A DNA stretch of 64,000 bases from the human T2T-CHM13v2.0 reference genome, Homo sapiens, in NCBI RefSeq assembly GCF_009914755.1, contig NC_060929.1, one strand, 5' to 3'. Below, one piece after another: positions 14,075-28,445 of the stretch. The notes beneath the pieces were generated by a model. The model ran no database searches and was not told where the DNA came from. It saw nothing but the letters and a program-made list of their open reading frames with translations. Every line of letters starts with the position of its first letter. Position 1 is the first letter of the stretch. The translations under genes and the position numbers were made by a program.

Positions 14075-14940
14075 AGCCATTGGCAGCCATGCCACTACCA
14101 TGAGGGAGGCCAGCCTGAAACCCAAACCAACACAGGGAAGGGGCACAGCCAAGCACTCCAGAGAAGTGGAGCCAGAGCCCTGATGAAACCAGGCTTAAAG
14201 CCACATGACCACCAAACTGTTTATTTTTGGAGAGATGGGGTCTCACTATGTTGCCAGGCTGTTCTCACACTCCTGGCCTCAAGGGATCCTCATGCCTCAG
14301 CCTCCCAAAGTGCTGGTATTACCAGTGTGAGCCAAACTGTGTATTACATGAGCCAATAAAGCACTTTCAGTGCTTAAGCTGAATGTTCTGTTACTCTGCA
14401 TGTTCTGTTACTTCCAACCAAATACATCTTAATGGACCCAGAATTTGTTCCCAAGAATGTGGAGTTGAAAGTAACAGACTGTAAATTGCCAGGGTTGCTG
14501 AATGAAAATTAGGTAGAAGGTAGTGGACCTTTATTCTAGTCTGGGAAATTGGCGATCATTGTCATGTGATAGCACATCAGCTGGTTAAACACAGGGATTG
14601 TGACCACATGCCCTCTGAGGCTGTAGCACTAGAAAACCTGACAAAACTCAATGGGTTAGAATGCCTGTGGTCTTCAGAAGGATCATAAAATAAAAAGGCA
14701 AGCTTAGTCTTAACAGAGCTTGTACAAAAACAAAGAAAAGTGAAGCATGTGTTTTCTAAGAGAAGCCCTCACTGAAAACCTGGAAAAGCCTAGAGAATTA
14801 CAGAGAAAGGGATATGACCCAAGTCAATGTCACCTGAACACCCCCACATAAACGATGTAAAGCGTAATTTATCTGTCATGCTCAAACCAGTTTGAGTTGG
14901 GTTTTCAGTTATTTGCAGTTACTAATCTTCCAATGAATAT
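14075..14940 (+). mobile_element. Old MLT1 (J/K-type) LTR, internal stub and second LTR 3' end
   Basis: tacatgagccaataaa...ttctgttacttccaacc LTR end; gaatttgttcccaagaatgtgg resembles the internal start; ccagtttgagttgggttttcagttatttgca is a second LTR end. Confidence 0.55.
14221..14331 (-). mobile_element. FLAM (Alu left monomer)
   Basis: Single monomer; TSD ccaaactgt (14212-14220/14332-14340). Confidence 0.85.
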
Positions 14941-15355
14941 TTACTTACTTTTAGTTACTTTCTTTAAATCAATACAAGGCCTAAAATGTGTCATTGTTGC
15001 TTAACATCTATTCCATTCTATTGTTCCTGCCTCTTCCAGGATATTCAAGGTTTTACTATTTTTCTTTTTGGTGTCTGGTTTCTGCTTAATCTGAAAAGAA
15101 GACAGATGAGCTAAATGCTGGCACTATTTGAGTAGAGCGACTTCTTAAACTACAAAATATCAAATCAGGATTCAGAAAATAGACCTGAGCATTTGTGCTT
15201 TGGTAATGCATTAATAGCCTAACCATGATAAGCTATTATCTACGCTAGTTCAGAACAGATCCAGCAACTGAATGGTAAACCAGCAATCTCTTCTTTTTGT
15301 CAGATTATAATCGCTGGCTTGTGGCTTGGCCCTTGCCTTCTCTGCTCTTGACTGA

Positions 15356-15719
<364 letters not shown>

Positions 15720-15784
15720 TTTAAAACCTCTTCTAGTATTATCATGACAACCATCTTAACAAAAGAACAAATTTCAATGGATAC

Positions 15785-16333
15785 TCAAGATTCTCAGTTG
15801 CAAGTTGCAGAGACACAGTTCTAACTCTCTGGAGAAGAAGTGAATCAGCCCACATAATGCCATGGAATACCTGGGATCTGACCTTACAGGTGATTGGATA
15901 CAGACCTCAAAAGCCAACAGGTCAATGTTTCTCCGTGTCTTTCTTCAAATAACTTCTCTTCTTTCTGAATGTCAGCTTTGGTCGTCCAGGCCAGCTGTCT
16001 TTATAAGACTCTAATGATAGCCAGATTTAGGCTTACATCCTGACAATTTCACGACAAGGGATGAAAGAGGGATCTGCCCTACCAGCTGCAGTTAGAAAAA
16101 TTCTGAGAAAGGACTCTGATTGGCTTGACCTAGGTCATACACCCTCGTACAGTCACTGTGGCAAGCAGGAATGGGTATAAAGCTTGACTTACCTGAGCTA
16201 GGTACCCACTCCTCATAGAGGGAGGATGAGTGGCCTCCCTCAACACAGCCACATGGTTGGAATGAGTGAAGAATGATTCCCCAGAGAAGAAGGGGTACTG
16301 TTCTAGACAGACACAGCAATGCCTGTCCACTCA
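15785..16333 (-). mobile_element. Old MLT1 (K/L-type) LTR
   Basis: gattctcagttgcaag...ggactctgattggcttgacctaggtca...cagtcactgtggc. Confidence 0.6.
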
Positions 16334-18044
16334 AGGCAGCAATGCCAGCAAAGTAGCAATCTGTTTAGTAGTGAGCTGGAAATGCATAGTAATATAATCA
16401 GTGACACATTCAGTAGGTACTCAATAAACGCTACTGAATGGACAACTTAGTCCTGCGCTCTCCAGCTTTGGAAATGGTTTTTACTCATATCTCAGTCTGG
16501 AGATGTCTGTTTAACCTCTGCCTTGCTCCCATTCTCAGTCTCTGGTCCTTCTGCCTACCTTCCCAAGAAATCTTCATGACTGTTTCAAAAGTAAAGCTAC
16601 CAATAAGTCAGGCAATTTGCTTGTCTCATTTATTTCACAAATTGAAATATTTTTCTCTTTTTTAGTTTTTGCCTTCCTTCAGCCTCAGCTCCTGGCTACC
16701 CTTTGAACTTAGTGGTTTCCATTCTCACAGTCATGAGGGATTTCCTAGATGATGTATCCCATTGGCCAGATGCAAGATTTACTTAAAGTGTGTAAATACC
16801 AGCAGAAACAGTGCAATTACACATGTGGTCTACATTTAGGAACCTGGACTACCATTCATATGGGGATGCCTCAATTTATTGTAGATCCTCAGTTTGTCAT
16901 TGGTGACAAGTGCAGAATGAATACTTCCCAAGTCCTGTTTCTAAGCAGCAACAGTTATGGAAAATCCTGAAGCCAGTTTTTGAGGGGCCTCCTCATTGAA
17001 ACTTCTTGCCAGTTAACTGCCTTGTTACAATCAAACATGTGGAACACAGACAAAAATTCCTGAAAAGTGACCATTAGTTGACTATAAATAGCTGGGAGAA
17101 AAACATCCAATGGAAGCTCATGGAGGATTAGCTTGCCAACTAATGTGACAGATAAGACAGAAATGGGTAAATGCTTCCTTCTTCTTGGTACAAAGACAAA
17201 AAAAATGAATAATTACTCAATGTTTTACAAATGAGAAAATGTGTTTTTTTCTTTTTTTAAAAAAAAAACAAGAAAATAAAATCATGTATCACTTTGGGAG
17301 TAAACTCAGATCACACTATCCTAAAAGATAACTACAAATAAGAAACTCTGGTAATATCAAATGGAAATACATTGTATACAGCAACCCTGCTGTCTGAGAC
17401 AGATACAAGAATCTAAACTATTGATTCTGGCAACACTTGTATGACTTTCCATTACAGCAAAGTTACTGAAATGGAAACGTGGACTACCATTTTGCAAAAA
17501 GGATAATCTCAAAAATATGGCCATCTTGAGAAAGAGGATATGCAAACACTGGACTCTTTATTTCTTGTCTATTATTGCTAGATTTCTCAATTCACAAAAA
17601 CAAAATACTTGGTTAGCATTTACTGTGATGGAAAAAATAAGAATCTCCTATCTGGTATGTCAGATTAGTCATTGAGAGAAATGCAAATTAAAACATCTTG
17701 TGGGGAAATTTTGCTGTTCTGTAAATATATATAGCAAGTTTAAAAAGGAAAGTGGTAAAGGATAAAAGGAAGCTTTATAAGAACAGCTGACATAATTTCT
17801 CCAAAAATATCTATGGGAAACTTGTGTGCTGTGATTTTCATAGTTTATCACTAAAAATGTCATAGCACCTTATATTAATTAAATCATGGACATTTATGGC
17901 TAATTTCAAACACTATATTATTTTTTAAAGCAAAATATATTTCATGAGAAAAATCATGAAAATTAAAAATGAAGATAATTTCAAGTGTCAAACCAAATCA
18001 TTTATTTATAAAATTAAGAATACTCATTCCAAGGGAAATCCCAG

Positions 18045-18194
18045 TTTATTTATTTTTTCCTTTTTATTTATTTATTTAGAGATGAGGTCTTGCTATGTTG
18101 CCCAGGCTGGTCTTGAACTCCTGGGCTCGAGTGATCCTCCTGCCTCAGCCTCACAAATAGCGGGTACTACAGATGCACATCACCATGCCTGGCT
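18045..18194 (-). mobile_element. FLAM/Alu monomer
   Basis: gagatgaggtcttgctatgttgcccaggctggtcttgaactcctgggctc. Confidence 0.85.
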
Positions 18195-18706
18195 AAAGTC
18201 CCATGTTAAATGCATACATATTGTATTTTTCTGATTGTAAGAGATAGGTGCAGACCCCTTGATTTATGGCTAGAATATGACATACATGAGCATTTGCCTT
18301 TCCTAAGATAATTCACAAGCATCCCCCCAAAAAATATAGATAGGGATCAAAGTAAACAAACAAACAAACAAAAACAGAAGCAATTGAATTTGACCTTATA
18401 ATGGTCATAAAGTGATGATGGACATGACCAAAGCCACAACATCAGTAGAAAGGCAGTGGAAGAAGTAGTAACACAGTGGCAGGGGCTTCCAAATGGGGGC
18501 TCCCCCTCACTGGTTGTGTGAAGAGAGATCCTGCGTTGATTTCAGGAGCACATGAAAGCGTGGAATGTTTGCTCTAGAAAAGAACTTTGATGAGCTCCCA
18601 CCCTTCCATGTGACAGACAGGTAGACCAAGATGGGCTAGGGGATTAGCTCAGCCCCTTTCCTGCTTTTTCTGGCTAAAACCCTCCTATATGTAAGAACTC
18701 TTCTAA

Positions 18707-18990
18707 TTTTTTTTTTTTTTTTTTTGACACAGGGTCTCACTCTGTCACCCAGGCTGAGTGCAGTGGTATAATCATGGCTCACTGCAGCCTCAACCTCCCT
18801 GGCCCAAACAAATGATCCTCCCACCTCAGCTGGGACTATAGGCACATGCCACCATGCCCAGGTAATTTTTTATTTGTTTGTAGAGACAGGATCTTGCTTT
18901 GCTGCCCAGGCAACTCCTGGACTCAAGTGACCCTCTTGTTTCAGCCTCCCAAAGTGCTTGGATTACAGCCGTGAGCCACTGTGCCTAGCC
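18707..18990 (-). mobile_element. AluJ
   Basis: Diverged dimeric Alu; TSD tcttctaatt/tgttctaatt. Confidence 0.92.
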
Positions 18991-19689
18991 TGTTCTAATT
19001 CTTTCCACCACCACAAATGCAAAATCTTTGGGGGCCTTGCCCCTGCAAAAGAAGTGCAGGTTTAGTTTTAATTTTTAAAATCTTTATTTTCTGTCTTTTA
19101 AAATGCGGCTTCAAATCTGCAATATAGAAAATATATGCTTTGGGGAAGCCCAAAATAACAGACTTTTTTTTAAATGACTTTCATTTTGGATCAGCCCACA
19201 GACCACCTGGTGAATTTTAGAATTCCAGAATGTTTGCATCTGAAAGGCCTTAGAGAGCATTTAGAAGCATATCCCTGCTTAGAAGAAATGGAAAGAGTGG
19301 TTTTTTCAGGTCATCTCACATGCCAGAGTCTCACCGGAAGCTAAGTGACTGCAGGGTTTGGGTCCAGCTCTCCTGATTCCACTCTAATGCTACTTCCATG
19401 TTCTCTGCTTCCTCTGTGTTCTTCCTTAACAAGGAGGGGCCTGGGGAGAGAGAAAGGGATTGAGAGAGGAAGAAATCTGAAGTTTCCATACTGGCCTATA
19501 GCAATATTTGCTTCTGCTAATATATAAAGCCTTCTATTATCTGACATTTTTGCCACAGTTTGTATCTATTTTGGGAAGTCATCATTCACGCAGATAAATC
19601 AATAGTTCTGCCCTCTCACTTATAAACGATCATTATGCATGAATTCTTTTGGAACTGCACTTTAAAAACCGCCTATGCAGTGATTATTT

Positions 19690-20330
19690 CATTCATGCAT
19701 TCATTCATTTAGCAAATATACATTGAGAACATACTCTGTGACAGAAACTGCTAGGTATGGGGAGGAAAAAGACAGATAAAATATTATTCCTTTCTCTGAG
19801 GTGCTTATAGTCTAATGGGAGTGAAAGACATACATCAAAACATAAGTACGCTCAGATGTTATGAATGCTGTGCTACAACTGTTGTGCAACACACAGCAAC
19901 ATAACAGAGTGGTTAAGTGTGTGATACTTGACTCACACTGTGAGAGGGAGCATCTCACTTCTGACACTTATACAAATTACTCAATATCCCTAAGCTTCCA
20001 TTTCCTTATTTTTAAGCTAAAGGCAAATAATACTTCCTATGGCATAATATGTTATGAGGATTAAGTGAGATGTAACATGTAATGTTACTGGCATGTAGTA
20101 AGTGCTCAGTAAATGTTAGCCATTATTCTTATTATTTCTACAGTAGAAGCACAAAAGAGGTGGGGTGTCTTATTTGAGGGTCTAAAGATGCTTCATGGGA
20201 AGGTTTTACTCTAGCTGAGTCTGGAAGATGAACTAAATTGCTACCAAGTAATTGTGGGGAGAAATCGATTCTGGGCAAGAGGAGTTACACAAATAATATG
20301 CTAGCAGCAGGACACAGCCTGATACTGGAG
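19690..20330 (-). mobile_element. L2 3' end with a nested + strand MIR (~19900-20130)
   Basis: cattcattcatttagcaaatatacattgagaac L2 tail; MIR gaggattaagtgagat...agtgctcagtaaatgttagc. Confidence 0.7.
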
Positions 20331-21079
20331 AAACTTCTAGCCGATTGGAGTGACCAGTGCTCCAGATGCAGGCCTAGTAGCTCTGTGCACCAGATCCAGG
20401 CAGAGACTGGGACCAGAATGCTACCAGAAGAACCTGGTTCTGTCCTATTCTCTGTGCCCCAGGGCAGCTGCTTGTAAGCCTTGGGGTCTTAGTTTTCTTA
20501 TTTGGGAATTAAGGAGGTAAAACTAGATGACCTCTATTATTCCTTCCAGCTCCAACTTTCTGTGGTTTTAAGGTAAAATCTAATTAGGTCAAGCTAGAAG
20601 CTTTAGCTTGCATTCTGGGCAAAACCAATAAGTATTATGAATTAAGAAGCTGCTAAAGAAATATGTCGATTCTTCGGGGAAGTCTGTAGGGGGGAAGGAG
20701 GGAACATGGGGAAAGGGTGGGTGCAAACTTCTGAGCAGACACTGAGTTAAAGAGTATGCATACTAAGCACTACCTAAAAAGGATTAATGTGACTCACTTC
20801 TATTCAATTTTTCAAACTTGTGGACTTGTTCAGTTGCTACTGGGATGTGTTCAAAAGCTTCTGCTTTAGTCATTAGATAATTTCTCAATCAATGGCTACT
20901 AAATATTCTACTACTATAATGTTCTGGGAAGCATGACATATTTTTAACTTTTAAAGGGTTGTAAGTATAAAAATTCTGAAAATCATTAAATCTAGATACT
21001 GCTTAATTGTTACTAATTGACTTTGTCTCAGGGCTGTAAAGTAACCCACATAACCTAAAATTTAAAAAAAAAAAAAATT

Positions 21080-21376
21080 GGCCAAGAGCAGCAGCTCACA
21101 CTTGTAATGTCAGCACTTTGGGAGGTTAAGGTGGGAGGATTGTTTGAGGCCAGAACTTTGAGACCAGTCTGGGCAACATAGTGAGACCCCTGTCTCTACA
21201 AAAAAATAAAAGGAATGAACTGGACATGGTGGCACATACCTGTGGTCTCAGCTACTTGGGAGACTGAGAGGGGAGGATTGTTTGAACTCAGGAGTTTGAG
21301 GCTACAGTGAGCTATGATTGTGCCACTGGACTCCAGCCTGGGCAACAGAGTGAGACCTCATCTTCAAAAAAAGAAA
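21080..21376 (+). mobile_element. AluJ
   Basis: gggaggattgtttgaggccag and gaggctacagtgagctatgatt, J-type features. Confidence 0.92.
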
Positions 21377-22189
21377 GTGTTTTTAAGAAAGTAAAATGAA
21401 TCCAAGACAGATAAAAATGACACTGAGGGAAAGTAAAGCATGATCAAAATGAAGAAACGTCCCCTGAAAATGGAATCTTTGAAGATTTTCTGTATCAGAA
21501 ACCTTACACTAAGGATGCTGGTAATATGGGAGGACTGTGGAGTTTTTGCACCCTGTTTTGAGCCTGAAGAAATTTGGAAGCTCTCTCTATTTACATAAAG
21601 GAGGTTTGCATGGCAGAAATGACCATCAGATCCTGATTAATTCTCATTGCCACTGACTCCATGTGACAGTAAAAGACGTTCATATTTTTGAAAGCCCAAG
21701 TGCACTCCATGTTTGAAAACAGAATTCATTCATCACGGAAGCTGCCCAGGAAGGGTGCTGGACATAGGTAAAAATCTCAAAGACAGTCCTCTACCCTAAT
21801 CCAGGGGTATTATCTCCCTGCCATTAGTACATCCCAGAATATTCACATGGATGACTTCTGGAGCCTAAGAAATGCAGAGTGGTAGTGGAGAAATTGGGAC
21901 TGCAAGGGGAAAATATGTGAAACTCACTTGTTGACAGCTATAATTGGGACTGAAATTGCATACATCCTTCAGTCTGTCTGTAAGGCTCAAACTACATCTT
22001 GAAACATGGTCAGTGTCAACAGAGAGCATTGTCCACTCTCACTCACCAATACTCCTCTCACAAGAAGCAAGAGCCCTGCAGTGCCTGGTGACCTACCCAC
22101 AGCAACCGCTTCCTAATCATCCCCTCCCTCCTATAGCCATCACTCTCTACTAGGAGGAGTTGAGTTGCGTTACAGGAAATGCCTGCCTG

Positions 22190-22400
22190 GAAAAAGGCGT
22201 TAGCCTGTTTCTGTGTGGCTTTAAAGGATGGAATTTATAGACATCTGAGTAGACTGGAATCAGCATGGGCTGCCTAGTTCAACAGTCACTTCTAAATCTC
22301 TAGAGAGTTGAATTGGAGGCCTGGATGACCAGTGGTTATGAACATTGCTGAGGAGTAGTTGGGCCTCTGGCTTTTTTAAGCTTCCTTCCAATTCTAGGCT
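22190..22400 (+). mobile_element. L3/CR1 fragment
   Basis: ttagcctgtttctgtgtggctt...atgggctgcct...ggcctggatgacca resembles the L3 3' region. Confidence 0.45.
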
Positions 22401-22815
22401 ATGACTTAGTGATGTCTTTTGTTCATTTAAATCAGTTGAAGACTTAACAGAATTTAGGAATTGCACAGAAATAAATATTCCCTAGCAATGTCTAAAAATA
22501 AAGAACAAAACAAGAAACCTCTTGCTAACTCTAATGATACATTTGTGAATATGTCATTCGTCTGGACTGATGAGTACAGGAAGCCTGTGGTTTGGTGTAC
22601 TGGAGATGATTGCTTAGCTTAAATTATACAAAGATTTCATTAATATAATTTCCTTGTCTCCTGTATGGATTTCTTTTAGCAGTCCCCATTACTGAAAAGA
22701 GAATACAAATCAACAAATAAGTTCTTTTCTCTTCAACAATCTCAATATTAGGTCAGTGAAATTTTTTTAATTTGAAAGTACTTTTTTCACTTCTACTAGT
22801 GTAAATAATCCAAGA

Positions 22816-22816
<1 letters not shown>

Positions 22817-22848
<32 letters not shown>
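22817..22848. repeat. (TTA)n microsatellite
   Basis: About 10 perfect units. Confidence 0.95.
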
Positions 22849-23309
22849 GGTCTTTTTTACCTTCCTTCCTTTGAAAAACCTTCTATTTGTGATTGAAAGA
22901 TTGGGGAAAAGTAACTATTTTATGGTCCTGGCTGTGTCTAAACCCTAATCTAAAAATTTGCTGGCATTCTCTCATTGAAGTTGTCACAGCTTACATATTT
23001 AGTTTTCTATAATATCTCATACACCAAAATCCAAAAACCACAAAAACAAATCTTTCCTTGGTTTTACATCATTTAGATGCTTCAAGGTAATAGGCATCCG
23101 TTGTTTGCAAAGCCCATTCTGGGTCTGGATGTGTGCTAGATGAGGTACAAAGATATCACAGGTGAGCTGAGGACAAAACCAGAGCCAGAGCCTCCCATGA
23201 TGATCAACTTTGCTGTATGTCATGTTCCACAGAGTCATTGCAAGGCTAACTTTGGTCAGAGAGTGCTAAAGTGGAGGTGCCAGAAAGAAGGAGAATGTGG
23301 ACCCCATGC

Positions 23310-23785
<476 letters not shown>

Positions 23786-24269
23786 AACAGGATTGAAATC
23801 TTGCTATAATTTCAGGGCCAAGAGAAAGGCCTATTGTGAGTATAAGTTTATTACCCTACTGACTGATTGATGTATGAAATTTTGCTGTTAAAGCTAATTT
23901 TGTATAGTGGTTTTCCAAATGCATTCTTCCAAAAATTACCATTCTAAAGTTTTAGTGGTTTTTCAGTGGTTCTAGAAAATTTTATTGGAATTTCATTTAT
24001 AAAACAGAGTTCTAATTTGAATGAAATGCATGTGTTATTTACCAACACCTGCAACACCACGAAAATATTCATTTAAATTCTATTGGTTAATTTCATAAGT
24101 AAATGTCACAAATTGGGACTTACAAAAAAAGAACCCTGTTTTTTAAAATAACACTTTTTGTGTTGTTCTATAATTGGAATTCTGTTACTGCCTTATTTCT
24201 CTGATTCTCTTTTCATCAATATTTACTGAAAGAAGTAATATTCTTTGATTACATTTCCTACACCCCCTT

Positions 24270-26071
<1,802 letters not shown>

Positions 26072-26914
26072 TGATGATTCGTCATGTCTTGGATTAACAT
26101 ACTGATGTGGTTATATGCAAAGCTTCTCAGTCTAAATGTTTGCAAGTATTTTTAGTAGAACAGGAGACTGGTCACACACAGCTCAAATAAATTCTCATGT
26201 TGACATTATGCATTTGATGGGATGCATGTGGAGAATGTCCCTTTCGTAAGGAAAAGTTATTGGCTTGATTGGATTATAATTGGAGCCCAAATACTAATAA
26301 ACGAAGTTTGGCAAAGTTAAGACCATGAAACTCATCTTTGTAAGTGACCTAAGCTTGTTGAAACCCATTCCCAGAGGTGAAAGCCTAATGAATCTATCTC
26401 TTGTGCCATGGGGCCTTCTGTTGATATAAGCTTTGTCAGGGGAATGAGGTATTGACGTTTTAATGTCTGTGGATTATGGTAATGCGCTTAACTATATTGA
26501 TCTGTTCAGTATTCTGTACTTGCTTTGTTGCTATCCCAAAACTCCAAAAGAAGGAGGTGTCCAGATGGTCATAACACAGACTATGAAAAGGAATCAAAGA
26601 AGTAGAATATCAGTGTAATTCATAAAATATAAGACATCAAATTTTGACACCTCAGTTGAGCCACAGGCCTAATGGGAAAGTACTTAATGGGCTAAATTAA
26701 TCCTACCACTGACAAAAATTGATGTGCGTGATAAGAATGAAAATCTCCCAACTGACCTGCAGTCTGTGGGAGAGACAGAGAAGTAACTTTATGGGTGAGC
26801 CCTTGGGTTCTGCCATTCAGGCAAGGACTTGGAAGTAATGTAGTAATGTAAGTACAGGTAGGGGAGGCACAGAATTCTGGGGTCCCAAGTGGGCCTGGAA
26901 AACTCCAAGGCAAG

Positions 26915-27160
26915 AATCAGTGGAGGGAAAAGCCCTGGGCTCTGAAGTTAGGCAGGCCTGGCTTAGCCCCCCAAGTTCTGCACTTACTAATCACTGCTTA
27001 TCAGAATGCCTGCCTGCAGGTTCTTTTATATCCCTATGCTTTCATTTTTTTCACCTATAAGGAGAGGGAAAATAATGTTTCTTTTCTCATAAGATGTGAG
27101 AGGGATAAAATGTGATAATGTAGGGAAAGTATCAGGACCAGATGAGGCATGTGAATTATC
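26915..27160 (+). mobile_element. MIR
   Basis: agccctgggctctgaagttaggcaggcctgg...tgtgagagggataaaatgtgataatg. Confidence 0.65.
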
Positions 27161-28445
27161 TTCATCCCTGTTTTCTATTTCATTCCAGACAATGTGGCAT
27201 CTGCTGTAATTAAGATACCATGTGCATTACCTACCTGACCTTGAAATCAGCAAAGACCTTCAGAGAGGGAACCCAGAATCACTCTCCTGTTCTCAGCAGC
27301 TTTTGTCAGCTGCCTCAGAGGAAAGATTAGCTTGTGTGAGATGCTGTCATTGAGTTACCCTCTGTTCTGTAAAGGTGATCTAAGGCTTGGCAGGAGCAGT
27401 TGGGAGGTAGAAGGGAGAGCTTGGGGAGCATCTGTGCCCACTACCCCAAGTTGCCAGCCTGCAGCAGAAGAGCACAGAGCAGCAGACCCCTGCCCTGCCA
27501 GGATGATCCTTGTCACAGATGCCACAGACACTTTACAGCCATTGTAATAGAAGCTGAGTCTGCCAGCCCTGGCTTCTTAAGAGAGGGGATAAACAATAGC
27601 TAGCAGATTAAATAATGCAGGACATTTTATATTCAAGTTTGTGAGTTTAGCAGAAACTGAGAGGATAATAAATAAAGAGGACCACGATAGCCTTTAATAA
27701 AGCAAACAGACCAAGGAGTCATTCATTTGCCATATGAAGGATTTGTTTTCCAGGAAAATCATGCAAAAAGGCTTAGCCTATTCTGCAGATGAAAAACTGG
27801 CCTGACCCTATCTTGCCCAGCTGAATGAACTCTGTGAACAGGATTTTCAAAGTACTCTTTTTCAATTAACGTTTTAATATTCTGAGCCTTTGCATGGAAA
27901 TTATAACTTTAGCTGTTGAAGATGACTTAAGCGAGTGCCTGATTTACACAAATGCACCCAAGCAATGCCAGTGGCCTTTGCAAATTAGATTTTTAAAATA
28001 ATTCACAGAGCAGCTTTTTTATGTACTCAGGTGCCTCCCATGCGCAGCCTTCCAGCCTTGTTCTGAAGAACAGAGTTTTCAGAACTGAATGCACATTTCA
28101 ACTCCTAATTCATACTTCTGCCTTTCCTTTTAGATGACTTCACTACTACTTTCATTTATTGGAATAATTAAACGAAAACTAAAGGTCTTGCAATGAGGAG
28201 TTGTCAATCATCAAGTCTTCCTTCATAATTGCCAAATCTCAGGTCATCACTAAACCTTCATTCCCTCTCTCATCACCTTGCATCTGTGTTGTTGCCACAG
28301 CCTCCTGATGTTGTGATCCACTCTATACATTGTGGAAGGTGTCATTCTTCAAACATTCCTCTTAACCATGTTATTCCCTGTTCAAGAAATGATAAGAGCA
28401 ATCTACGAGCTCCAGTCTAAACTTTCAACTCCTTATCCTGACTTG

